From assembly GCA_038087875.1 (NCBI GenBank), contig JAXLNO010000446.1, positions 558,001 to 622,000 of the forward strand: a stretch of DNA of 64,000 nt, in the 5' to 3' direction. The position numbers and the translations under genes are program-made. Source of the DNA: Malacoraja senta (taxonomy: Eukaryota). The notes under the pieces were generated by a model that did not search any database, had not been told where the DNA came from, and saw nothing but the letters and a program-made list of their open reading frames with translations. This document shows positions 33,201 through 44,974 of this stretch, piece by piece; position 1 is the first letter of the stretch; each line of letters starts with the position of its first letter.

Positions 33201-36200
33201 GCGGCTGGCGTTGGGGTTTAGCGGCTGCTGTTGGGGTTTAGCGGCTGCTGTTGGAGTTGAGCGGCTGGCGTTGGGGTTTCGCGGCTGGCGATGGGGTTTA
33301 GCATCTGGCGATGGGGGTTTAACGGCTGGCGATGTGGTTTTGAGGCTGCCGTTGGGGTTGAGCGGTGGCCGTTGGGGTTTTGCGGTGGCCGTTGGTGTTT
33401 CGAGGCTGCCGTTGGGGTTGAGCGGCTGCCGTTGGGGTTGAGCGGCTGGTGTTGGGGTTGAGCGGCTGGCGATGTAGTTGAGCGGCTGCCGTTGGTGTTT
33501 CGAGGCTGCCTGGCGTTGGGGTGTAGCGGCTGGCATTGGATTTTCGAGGCTGGCTTTGGGGGCAGCAGCTGGCATTGGGGGTTGAGCGGCTGGCGTTGGG
33601 TTTTCATGCTGGCGTTGGGGTGCAGCGGCTTGCATTGGGGTTTCGGGGATGGCGTTGGGGTGCAGCGGATGGCGTTGGGGTTTAGCAACTGCTTTGGGGT
33701 ATAGCGGCTGGCTTTGGGGTTTAGCGGCTGCCATTGGTGTTTAACGGCTGGTGGTGTTTAGCGGCTGGCGATGGGGTTTAGCGGCTGGCCTTGGGGTGCA
33801 GCGGCTGGCCGTGGGGTGCAGCGGCTGGCCTTGGCGTGCAGCGGCTGGCCTTGGGGTGCAGCGGCTGGCGTTGGGGTGCAGCGGCTGGCGTTGGGGTGCA
33901 GCGGCTGGCGTTGGGGTGCAGCGGCCAGCCTTGTTGTATAGCGGCCGGCGTTGTGGTTTAGCGGCCGGCGTTGGGGTTTAGATGCTGGCGATGGGGTTTA
34001 GCGGCTACTGTTGCGATTTGCGGCTGCCGTTGGGGTTGAGCGGCTGGCGTTGGGGTTGAGCAGCTTGCGTTGGAATTTAGCGGCTGGTGTTGGGGTTGAG
34101 CGGCTGGCGTTGTGGTTGAGCAGCTTGCGTTGGGATTTAGCGGCTGGCGTTGGGGTTTAGCGGCTGGTGTTGGGGTTTAGCGGCTGGCGTTGGGGTTTAG
34201 CGGCTGGCTTTGGGGTTTAGCGGCTGGCGTTGAGGTTTAGCGGCTGGCGCTTGTGTTCAGCGGCTGGCGTTGGGGTTCATCGGTTGCCGTTCAGCGCTGG
34301 CATTGGGGTTGCGAGGCTGGCGGGGATGCGAGGCTGGCGTCGGGGTTGCGAGGCTGGCATTGGGGTTGCGGGGCTGGCGTCGGAGTTTAGCAGCTGGCAT
34401 CAAGGTTGATCAGCTGTCGTTGGGGTAGATTGGCTGGCGTTGGGGTTTAGCGGCTGCCTTTGGGGTTTAGCGACTGGCGTTGAGGGATAGCGGCTGGTGT
34501 TGGGGTTCACCGGCTGGCGCTGGGGTTCAGCGGCTGGCGTTGGGGGTTAGCGGCTGGCCTTGGGGGTTAGCGGCTGGCGTTGGGGGTGCGGCGGCTGGAG
34601 TTGGCGTTTCCTGGCTGGCGGGGTTTCGATGCTGGCGTTGGGGTTTAACTGTATGTATTCAAACGGTAGTGATGACATTGGCGTCACCACTGAAGGTACC
34701 TTAATTGGTTTGCCTGTATTACTTCGTTGGAAAATTTTATATTCAGAGGCCTGCTTCAGCCCTTGCATAGCTGCCAAATAGTACGGATTTTATACGGAAA
34801 TGCGATAAGATGTGCGATTTTGTGTTGTTAAATACAGATTTATTTAAAGTCCGTATTTAACAAGGCAAAATCGACCATAGATAAACGTAACAACGAGTCA
34901 CCGCTGTACCGGACGAGGTGCAGCGGGCAGGTGGGAGCGGCCGGGATCGGCCCAACTTCCTGTTTTGTTGGCATGCCACTCGCCAATGGAGGGGTGGTGG
35001 CCCTGTGGGGTTGACTTGTGATCTTGCTGCTTGGAAAATGCAGGAATGGGGAGGGTCATGCTGTACCTCTGGGAATTGTAACAGATTAAATCCATTGGTG
35101 TTTTGGGTTTCAAGATCTGGATGATTGTTTTTGTTGCCGTTGGTTTGCCGCGGTGCTTGGGGTTGGGGGGCTGGGGTCCCTCTGTCTCTATCTCGCTCTG
35201 TCTCTCTCCCCTCTCTCACTGTGTCTCTCTGCCTTTTGCTCTCTCCCTCCCTCCCTCTCTCTCTCGCGCGCTCTCTCTCACGCTCCCTATCTCGTCTCTC
35301 TCTCTCTTGCTCTCTCACGCTCTCTCACTCCCTCTCTCTCTCTCACCCTCTTGCCTCGGCATTCCCGGAATTATTTGGCATTTTACAGGGACGGCTGCAT
35401 CTGCGGTTCCTTCCGGTTGGGGGGGGAGCCCTGGCCCGGGCGGCGCCTGGTCCGTTCCCTCGCGGCAGCTGCCCAGCCAGCTGAGTTTTTTATTTGGCTC
35501 TGGAGTTGAAGGTGGACACGGTGGGGGGCGGGTCTTTATTTCTAAACTCTATTGCATTGTCTGTGAATACAGTGTAAATAAGCATGCTGTTATTGAAATA
35601 AAATCTTAAATTCTGACACTTTTGCCATAAGGGGAATAGCATTTTCTTTTCTGAACAGATCTGTTTTAGAAAATAACGAGCCAGAACCGCCATTCAATAT
35701 GATCATGGCTGATCATTCAAAATCAGTATCCTGTTCTGGCTTCTCCCCCCCCCCCCCCCCCCCACCCCCATGTCCCTTGATTCCCTTAGCCCCAAGAGCT
35801 AAATCTAACTTTAATATCTATGGCATTATTTACGCCTTTAACATGAACCAGATCCACTGATGCAACAGCCAAAAAGACACTTGAAAGCCTCTACTTCCTG
35901 AGGAGTGAGGAAATGTGGCAACTCCAATGACTTTCACAAACATCTACACATTGACTATAGTTCAGTTTAGTTTATTGTCACGTGTACCGAGGTACAGTAA
36001 AAACTTTTAACTGCGTGCTAACCAGTCAGCAGAAAGACAATACATTATTACAACCATTACAGTGTATGGATACATGGTAAGGGAATAACGTTTAGCGCAA
36101 GGTTAAGCCAGCAAATTTTGATCAAAGATAGTCCGAGTCACCAATGAATATAGAAAACATACTACGATCTACAAAAAATGCTGGAGAAACTCAGTGGGTG

Positions 36201-36320
36201 CGGCAGCGTCTATGGAGAGAAGGAAAAAAGTAGGCTGAGACAGTAGGACGTGGGAGAACTGGGAAGGAGGGAGAAAGCAAGGGCTATCTAAAATTAGAGA
36301 AGTCAACGTTCATGCCGTTG
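18299..36320 (+). repeat. Composite ~4.45-kb tandem repeat (partial copy to ~22620; full copies ~22621-27422, ~27423-31870, ~31871-36320)
   Basis: Junction ...agtcaacgttCATGCCGTTGGGGT recurs at 22611, 27413, 31861 and 36311 (periods 4802, 4448, 4450). Each copy is ~2.8 kb satellite plus ~1.67 kb non-satellite block. Confidence 0.97.
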
Positions 36321-36870
36321 GGGTGCAAACTACTCAAACGAAATATGAGGTGCTCCTCTAACTTGCGCACATACTGTCGGGTACCATCACATCTTGGTTT
36401 GGGAACAACTCTGTCCAAGATCACAACACATCGCAGAGAGTTGTAGATGCCGCCAGTCCATCACACTGACCAGATTTCCCACCAGTAACTCAATCTACTC
36501 TTCACTCTCCGTCAGGAAGGCAGCCAATGTTATCAAAGACCTTTTCCATCCTGGTTATTCCTTCATCTCCCTGCTCTCGTCAGGCAGGAGATACAGAAGA
36601 AAGTGTGCACCACCAGACTCGGGAATAGCTTCTTTCCCTCTGTTATCAGGCTGGGCTACTGTCCAATTCACCTCTACCCCATTGCGGACATTGGCCTTTT
36701 TTTCTGGAACTGATGCGCTACAATGCTGAGAACTATATTCTGCACTGTATCTTCCCCTTTGCTCTATCTGTTGTATTTAAGTTTGACTTGATTGTATTTA
36801 TGTCTAGTATTATCTAATCAGATTGGATAACATGCAAAGCTGAGCCTAAACAAATTTTGTTTCTAAATAG

Positions 36871-37040
36871 TAATTTCCCTCAACGGAATAGCCTGGTCAC
36901 TTGGGCACAGGGCTCTCCAGGTCAGTCTACTGATACCATTGCCAAACAAGAAGAGGAAGAGTGGACGTGTCAGTTTTGTACTCTAATCAATGCACCAGCA
37001 GCCAAATCATGTGATGCCTGTTTAACACAGAGGCCCGCCA
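36871..37040 (+). CDS. NEIL3: Endonuclease VIII-like 3, RanBP2/NZF zinc-finger exon (equivalent to human exon 7)
   Basis: aaatag|T then NFPQRNSLVTW...WTCQFCTLINAPAAKSCDACLTQRPA then A|GTAAGT. W-x-C-x2-C-x3-N-x6-C-x2-C motif; 170 bp. Confidence 0.93.
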
Positions 37041-37177
37041 GTAAGTGTGTTTATAATGGGTCAACCCTATTTTAGTCATACCTATTTATTATTGATTTAA
37101 CTTGCACATTTCATTTAATGTCTTCACGTCCCATGGCTTTTTCAAGAGGTTTATTACTGTTACAAATGTAACGTTCA

Positions 37178-37816
37178 ACAATAGACAATAGGTGCAGGAG
37201 TAGGCCATTCGGCCCTTCGAGCCAGCAAGGCCATTCAATGTGATCATGGCTGATCATCCCCAATCAGTACCCCGATCCTGCCTTCTCCACATATCCCCTG
37301 ACTTCGCTATGTTTAAGAGCCCCATCTAGCTCTCTCTTGAAAGCATCCAGAGAACCTGCCTCCTCCGCCCTCTGAGGCAGAAAATTCCACAGACTCACCA
37401 CTCTCTGTGAGAAAAAGTGTTTCCTCATCTCCGTTCTAAATGGCTTATTCCTTATTCTTAAACTGTGGCCCCTGGTTCTGGACTCCCCCAACATTGGGAA
37501 CATGTTTCCTGCCTCTAGCGTGTCCAAGCCCTTAACAATCTTATATGTTTCAATGAGATATCCTCTCATCCTTCTAAACTCCAGAGTGTACAAGCCCAGC
37601 TGCTCCATTCTCTCAGCATGTGACAGTCCCGCCATCCCGGGAATTAACCTTGTAAACCTACGCTGCACTCCCTCAATAGCAAGAATGTCCTTCCTCAAAT
37701 TAGGGGACCAAAACTGAACACAATAATCCAGGTGTGATCTCACTAGGGCTCTGTACAACTGCAGAAGGTCCTCTTTGCTCCCATATTCGATTCCTCCTGT
37801 TATAAAGGCCAACATG
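37178..37816 (-). mobile_element. CR1 LINE 3' fragment
   Basis: ORF 37264-37842 encodes a CR1 ORF2 C-terminus. Confidence 0.9.
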
Positions 37817-37981
37817 TGGGGTGGCCTTGTTATAAAGGCCACCCCAAAGACGTGCAGGTTGGCAGGTTAATCTGCCCTCTTTAAATTGACCCTAGTGTAT
37901 AGGGAGTGGATGAGAAAGTGCGATAACAGAACTAGTATGAACAGGTCGATTTGGGCTGAAGGGTTTGTTTCCATGCTGTAT

Positions 37982-38450
37982 CACATTTCCTATGAAGAAA
38001 GACTGGATAGACTTGGCTTATACTCGCTAGAATTTAGGAGATTGAGAGGGGATCTTATAGAAACGTACAAAATTCTTATGGGGTTGGACAGGCTAGATGC
38101 AGGAAGATTGTTCCCGATGTTGGGGATGTCCAGGACAAGGGGTCACAGCTTAAGGATAAGGGGGCAATCCTTTAAGACCGAGATGAGGAAAAACTTTTTC
38201 ACACAGAGAGTGGTGAATCTCTGGAACTCTCTGCCACAGAGGGTAGTTGAGGCCAGTTCATTGGCTATATTTAAGAGGGAATTAGATGTGGCCCTTGTGG
38301 CTAAAGGGATCAGGGGGTATGGAGAGAAGGCAGGTACGGGATACTGAGTTGGATGATCAGCCATGATCGTATTGAATGGCGGTGCAGACTCGAAGGGCCG
38401 AATGGCCTACTCCTGCACCTATTTTCTATGTATCTATGTATCTATGTATC
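37982..38450 (+). mobile_element. CR1 LINE 3' fragment with (TATCTATG)n tail
   Basis: SYEERLDRLGLYSLEFRRLRGDLIETYK. Confidence 0.9.
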
Positions 38451-38605
38451 ACTAATCTAAACAAAGCTGAAAGTTTAGTGAGCTTAGGTATACAATGAAT
38501 TTCGTTCATGGGCTTAGTGGGTAAATCAGTTAAAAATACCTTTCCACTTCCATAAGAAAATTTAAGTTTCAGATCAAATAGGAATCTCTTAATATTCCTA
38601 CGATG

Positions 38606-39190
38606 TGTTACGACTCCCGAATGCAGGTACTTCAGAGCCGCGTAACATAACTCAAAAAACAGGTTCAAGTTCAAAAATAGTTTTAATTATTCAATGGAAC
38701 ACAAAAACCCAAACCTGATTCAAACAACCCAGTCAGGGATATGGATGGACTAACAAACAATTTAGCAATGCTCCAGCCAGCCACGTGATGGACCGTCGAA
38801 CCAGAGACTCTAAAACCTGCCTAAAGAGATATAACCCTGAAACAAAATACACGAAAACACTAAGGTCAGCCCTTATCCGTCCCAATTCAATATTTGTAAT
38901 TAAGTATTGGTGAAAATACACAAAGTTCTATACCATGTGGCCAGGCCTTCCGCAGCTCACTCCAGCAGTCAGCTCACAAGTCAGGGTCGACGAAGAAGGG
39001 GAGAATTCTGGGAGCCTTCGGTATTTAAGCTTCAGATGAGTCACCCGTCACCCGTCACCTGACGCAGCTTGGCCAATTGGGTACAGGAGCCTTTTAACCC
39101 TTTGATTCGAGACTCACAGCCACAAGGCCTGCACTCGGGAAAGAAACAGAGAAAGGTAAGTGCATTCACCAGGGGGGGAAGCGCCTAACA
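38606..39190. mobile_element. Solo LTR, 585 bp
   Basis: TGTTA...TAACA termini flanked by the 4-bp direct repeat GATG (38602-38605 and 39191-39194). Confidence 0.75.
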
Positions 39191-39289
39191 GATGTTAAAC
39201 TTGAATATCTCATCTAACAACAATACCTCTCTTTTTAGTGATTCTGCAAATGATTTATGATGAGTAATATTAACTGTTTTTATTTTTAG

Positions 39290-39716
39290 AGGCAGCATCA
39301 CCTCAGAAGTTTGGTTTTGATACGAATCTCATAAAGTACCAATGTAACAACTTTGGTAAACCCCTCGTGGAATTGAAGCTCAATCGCAGAGCAGCGTTTG
39401 GTGTGACGACACTGGTCCTGACGTCACTAAGGAGCTCCCAGAAGAGTCCTGCGTCCTGTTCCTCTGCAGGAAATGAAGTGAAAGGGAACACGTTATCACC
39501 AGATGGGAATCCTTCATTTCTAGCCGTGGTTGAGAATTGCACTGCAAATACGTTGAATTCTAACCATCAGATAAAAAGTAGTTTTAATAAATTTGCCAAT
39601 CATGCGACTGCCAATTCAACGTCATCTAGTTATACCGACCGTTCATTTTGTCAGCCTCCCAAAAGATTGAAGAAGTACCATCATTTCAACACAAATTCTG
39701 CAGTTTCTGACTTCAG
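39290..39716 (+). CDS. NEIL3: NEIL3 exon (equivalent to human exon 8)
   Basis: tttttag| acceptor; encodes NLIKYQCNNFGKPLVELKLNRRAAFGVTTLVLT (NEIL3 conserved block) and PPKRLK; donor AG|GTATGC; phases 1 to 2 match flanking exons. Confidence 0.9.
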
Positions 39717-41214
39717 GTATGCCGATAAATCTCCCTAACTGTTTAAAGTTAAACCTCAGGTGCATGAAAACCTCTTGGCAGTATCTGTATTTAAGTTAAC
39801 TGCTTTGAAAACATGTAACATTTTGAATTTTCTCTAGTGAAATTCTGCCCATCCTTTCATAACTGCTCTCGCCAGGTTCCAGGTAATATCGTGCCTGGTG
39901 CATCATTACATTCTCCATTTCACACTGCTAGTTTTGTGGAATTTTAATTAATTTACTATGCTTAATCAGCACACTGCTTAGTTGATCTTTGTGTACCTCT
40001 TGATAACTTAAATCAATAGCAAGCAATTTTTTCTTTTATAATGATAAAATCTGCAGTTTTTAAGAATGAGGGGGGACCTCGTTGAAATTGACCGAATAGT
40101 GAAAGGCTTGGATAGAGTGGATGTGGAGAGGAAGCTTTTCAGTACCTCAGTACATATGCTGATAATAAACCTAAACTCAAGAGGTTGCCAACGATAGATT
40201 GGAGAACTACTAAATGGATAACATTGGATAATATTTAAAGAATGTAAATGTGAATCATAACAATGAAACATTCCTGCCCGGCACAAAAATAAGTTGCGAG
40301 AGAGGACTCAACCATGGTGTGAAGTGGAAATTAGATCTACTAATAGATGTATTGAGGAGAGGTGGAATTGCCAGAAAGAAAGCAGGTCCGAGGATTGGGA
40401 ACGGTTTATAATTAAGCAAAGGAGAGTAAAATAATTGCCAAGTAAACTTATGGAGTACATAAAAAAGACAAACTGTAAAAGCATCTATAAATAGCTGAGG
40501 TAAAGATTAGTGAATTCCATCCAGTTAGGACTGGCGCAGCTACATTTGGGTAATCTGGAAATTGTTCACACAAAATCTTCTATCATACAAATTTGTATAT
40601 GCAGGGACAGTTGACCATTGTTTTGGGGATGGTATATGTTATCAAAACATTTTGACCTGGATAACCTGACGAAAGATCTGATGCTGTTTAATATGGGGAA
40701 ATGAAAGGTGTAAAGATTGGCAGGTTGGAATTAATGCTAAACAGTTATCGTTCATGGAGCAAGAAATGTTGATAGTTTTTGAAAATGTTATCAGTCAGTT
40801 TTTTTGTCAATTAGTGGGATTCAAGGTTTAGTTTAAAGATACAGCGTAGAAACAGGCCCTTCAGCCCACCGAGTGGGCAGGCCTGTTCCTATGCTGTACT
40901 ATTCTATATTCTATGACATTGGTTGAGGACATGATTGTTCTATTACTTTAGTTCATTCATATTTAAGGCTCCCATGGGACTGTACTTGCCATTTTGTTTT
41001 CAAATTAATTTGTCAGTCTAACTATCATTTCCACCACTATAAATGTGAAGGTCTCTGTCACTTCAGAATGATTTGTAAACCAAAGATTTCTTGCCACAGG
41101 TTGGTGATATTTCTTACCTTCAGTTCTGCTGTGAATGCACAAGGCCAGAGATTCTTAATTTTGTGGTTTTGCTTAACAAGTGAATTGATGTTAAAAATAT
41201 TATTGTGTTTCCAG

Positions 41215-41389
41215 GGGCTCTGATAATGTGAATGAGGGTAAAGGCCCGGCTGCAAGCCCTGAAACTCCACACTGCAAAAAACACAGTCGTCCCTGTGAAT
41301 TGAGAGTAGTCAGAAAAGAGGGTGACAATAAAGGGAGGCAATTCTACACTTGCTCCCTGCCACGGGATCATCAGTGTGACTATTTTCAG
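41215..41389 (+). CDS. NEIL3: NEIL3 exon encoding GRF zinc finger 1 (equivalent to human exon 9)
   Basis: tttccag|G then PHCKKHSRPCELRVVRKEGDNKGRQFYTCSLPRDHQCDYFQ then |GTGAGT; 175 bp. Confidence 0.94.
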
Positions 41390-42373
41390 GTGAGTGTATT
41401 AGTCTTCTCTCAAGGAATCCAAATGACCTGACACCATGGAAGTGATGCAGCAGTACAGTAGCTTGAGTGCCGTAAAAATACTGCTTATGCAACAGTAGGT
41501 GTTAAGTGTGCTGTCACTATTCACATCAGCATCCTTGTGCTTTTGTAATGTGTGCCGAGTCAAAGCCCATCACATATCTTGTTGTTTCCAACTGCTAGTC
41601 TTGCCTTTGACTAGAACACAAAGTGCTGGAGTTACTCAGCGGTCCAGGCAGCATCTATGAAGGACATGGATAGGTGACGTTCTGGGTAAAGTTATTTTCA
41701 AAATGTCACCTATCCATGTCCTCCAGAGATACTGCCTGACCCACTGAATTCCTGCAGCATTTTGTGTTCTATGCAGGATTCTAGCATCTGCAGTTCCTGT
41801 GTGTACATTTTACTTCAGTGACTAATTAGATGAAGGCCAAAATGCTTTCCATAGTGACAATCACAAAGTATTCAATGGATATGTTCTTTGCTCAGCAGAA
41901 TCTTGTTTATTTTTAAACATATTCATTTTCAGGATCTGTATGTTGGCTATAAACCCATGATTTAGTGCCTGTACCTGAAATTCCTTGACAAGGTGCTGAT
42001 GCATCATCATCTTGCAATGTTGCAGTTGTTCTGGTGAAAGTACTCCCATAGTGTTGGGAATGAAGTTCCATGATGTAGACTCAACAACAATATATTTGGC
42101 CCAGCAATACATTTCCAACTTCAGGATGGTTCATAAGATATAGGAGCAGAATTAGGTCATTCGGCCCATCAATGAGGGGGACCTCGTTGAAACTTACCGG
42201 ATAGTGAAAGGTTTGAATAGAGTGGATATGGAGAGGATGTTTCCATTAGTGGGAGAGTCTAGGACTAGAGGTCATAGAGTGATACAGTGTGGAGTCCAGA
42301 ACCAGGGCTCACAGTTTAAGAATAAGGGATAGGTCATTTAGGACTGAGATAAGGAAAACCCTTTTCACCCAGA

Positions 42374-42962
42374 TGATGAATTGATTATATTTGGGGTAAT
42401 GGAAGATGGGAACAAATTGAACCCATCTCAAAAATTATTTTTTAATTATGGTTTAATAATAGCAAAAAAATTAATATTGAAATTTTGGAAAAATACACCA
42501 ATGCCAACGCTCAAAATGTGGATTGCAAGTATGTTGAATACCGCACATTTTGAGGAAATGCGATTCCTCCTAATAGATAAATTTGACCAATTCATAACGA
42601 GTTGGTCTCCATTTGTCGTCTTTTTGGAAACATATGGTGCAACACAAGTGTAAAAGCTAATCCGTGACTGGGTGAGGAATGGTCAAGATTATAAATACGA
42701 TCTCCTTACTTCTTTTTTTCTTTTTCTTCTCTTTTCTTCTTTTACTCTTTTTCTTCTATTTTCTATTTCTTAACATTCTTTTTTCACTCTCTATTTTTCT
42801 TTTTCACACACTATATATCTCACATTTGTCTATTCTTCATTATCTAACGACTTTTTCTTTTTCTTCTTTATTACAAAATTAAAAAAATAAGAAGCTGTAC
42901 ATAAAATGTATTATGAAAATATGATTGTATACAATTGTACTTCTAAAAAAAAAAAAAAAAAA
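42374..42962 (+). mobile_element. L1/Tx1-clade LINE 3' end with poly(A), nested in a CR1 fragment
   Basis: IIFG...LIIAKKLILKFWK...PTLKMW...WSPF ORF2 C-terminus, T-rich 3' UTR, A-tract at ~42944-42962; CR1 sequence on both sides. Confidence 0.75.
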
Positions 42963-43224
42963 TAAGATATAGCTCTTAGGGCTAACTGAATCAAGGAATA
43001 TGGGGAGAAAGCTGGAACGGGGTACTGATTTTGGATGATCAGCCATGATCATATTGAATGGCGGTGCTGGCTTGAAGGGCCGAATGGCCTACACCACCTA
43101 TTTTCTATGTTTCTAATTGTATGTGACTTGGAGATAATCTGCTGGTGGTGTTGCTATTAAATATTTTCCCCTTCACCTTGAACCTATGTCCTCTGGTCCT
43201 CGATTCCCCTACTCTGGGCAATAG

Positions 43225-44970
43225 ACAACTGCAGCATCGTCGGCAAACAACATGTCTCTGATGAGAGCTTCACGTACTTTTGTCTTTATCTGTGGCGGGT
43301 GAGGTTGAAGATCCTGCCATCTGATCTAGTACGCAGGTAGATCCCTTCTGTTGCAGTGCCGAGGCATGTTTCAGGAGCAGAGCGAAGAAAATCCCAAAGA
43401 GTGTGGGAGCGAGGACGCAGCCTTGTTTGACACCACTGCGGATGTCGAAGGGCTCGGAGAAGCTGCCATTGAACTGCACTGTCCCCTTCGAGTTGATGTG
43501 GAAGGATTCTATCATGCTCTACAGTTTTGGTAGGCAGCCGATCTTTGGCAGAGCCTTAAGTAGGCCATCTCTGCTGACGTGGTCGAACGCCTTGGTGAGG
43601 TCAATGAAAGCAACATACAGGGGCATCCGCTGTTCTCTGCACTTCTCCTGGAGCTGGCGAAGGGAGAAGACCATGTCTACTGTTGACCTTCCAGCTCGGA
43701 AACCGCACTGTGACTCTGGGTAGACACGTTCTGCCGGCTTCTGCAGGCGGATCAAGATGACCCGAGCAAAGACCTTGCCGACGATGTTGAGGAGGGAGAT
43801 GCCTCTGTAGTTGTTGCAATCGCTTCTCTCGCCCTGGTTCTTGTACAGGGTAATGATCTTGGCATCCCTCATGTCCCGCGGTACAGCTCCTTCTTGCCAG
43901 CACTGGCAGAGGACTTCATACAAAGGAAGCAGTAAGGTAGTCTTACAATGGTTGATCAGGTCAGGCGGAATGCCGTCGCTGCCTGGGGCCTTGCCTGAGG
44001 CCAGGCTGTCAATGGCCTAGCTGAGCTCTTCTACCGTCGTCTCTGCGTCTAACTCATCCATGGTCGGCAGGCACTCATAGATACATAGAAAATAGGTGCA
44101 GGAGTAGGCCATTCGGCCCTTCGAGCCTGCACCGCCATTCAATATGATCATGGCTGATCATCCAACTCAGTATCCCGTACCTGCCTTCTCTCCATACCCC
44201 CTGATCCCTTTAGCCACAAGGGCCACATCTAACTCCCTCTTAAATATAGCCAATGAACTGGCCTCAACTACCCTCTGTGGCAGAGAGTTCCAGAGATTCA
44301 CCACTCTCTGTGTGAAAAGGTTTTTCCTCATCTCGGTCTTAAAGGTTTTCCCCCTTATCCTTAAGCTGTGATGGCATCAAGGGCTGTGGGGGACACAGTG
44401 TTCTCTCTCGAGTAGGGGTCGGAGTAGTGTTCCACCCATCTCTCCATCTGCTGTGATTACTTCCCCAGTGGAGGATTTGAGGGGGGCTGTCTTGATCTGG
44501 ACTGGTCCTAATGCCTTCTTAATGCCATCGTACATTCCCCTGATGTTCCCTGTTATGGCGGCTGTGTCCAGTAGTCATTGGCACATAGAAACATAGAAAC
44601 ATAGAAAATAGGTGCAGGAGTAGGCCATTCGGCCCTTCGAGCCTGCACCGCCATTCAATGTGATCATGGCTGATCATCCCCAATCAGTACCCCGTTCCTG
44701 CCTTCTCCCCATACCTCCTGACTCAACTATTTTTAAGAGCCCTATCTAGCTCTCTCTTGCAACAAACCAAGGAGTGGCCTGTGTCGCAGTCCGCACTGTG
44801 GTAGGAATATGTGTGGAGAACATTCTTGATGGCGGCACGTCTGACTAGGATCAGATCCAGTTGATGCCAATGGATTTGAGCATGGGTGTCTCCAGGAAAC
44901 CTTGTACTGAGGCTTTGTCTGGAAGTACGACTTGGCGATGCACAGGTCATGGTAAGTGCACAACTCAAGC
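43225..44970 (-). mobile_element. RTE-clade LINE remnant interrupted by CR1 3' ends at ~44075-44370 and ~44585-44758
   Basis: PESQCGFRAGRSTVDM, FIDLTKAFD, GVKQGCVLAPTLF, LFADD; endonuclease remnant WHQLDLIL. Stops and frameshifts present. Confidence 0.85.
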
Positions 44971-44974
44971 ATTC

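Noticed and set aside
6672..34645. Interstitial telomere or immunoglobulin switch region
   Set aside because: Only isolated TTAGGG variants and no hexamer runs. GGCT/GGGGT motifs resemble switch repeats, but there are no Ig exons in the window.
6672..34780. Very long ORFs (up to 799 aa) of GFRGWRWGSEAGVGVQRLAL repeats
   Set aside because: The 20-bp monomer has no stop in any plus frame, so all three frames give the same peptide. Frequent 19/21-bp monomers shift frame with no sign of constraint, and the starts are mostly TTG.
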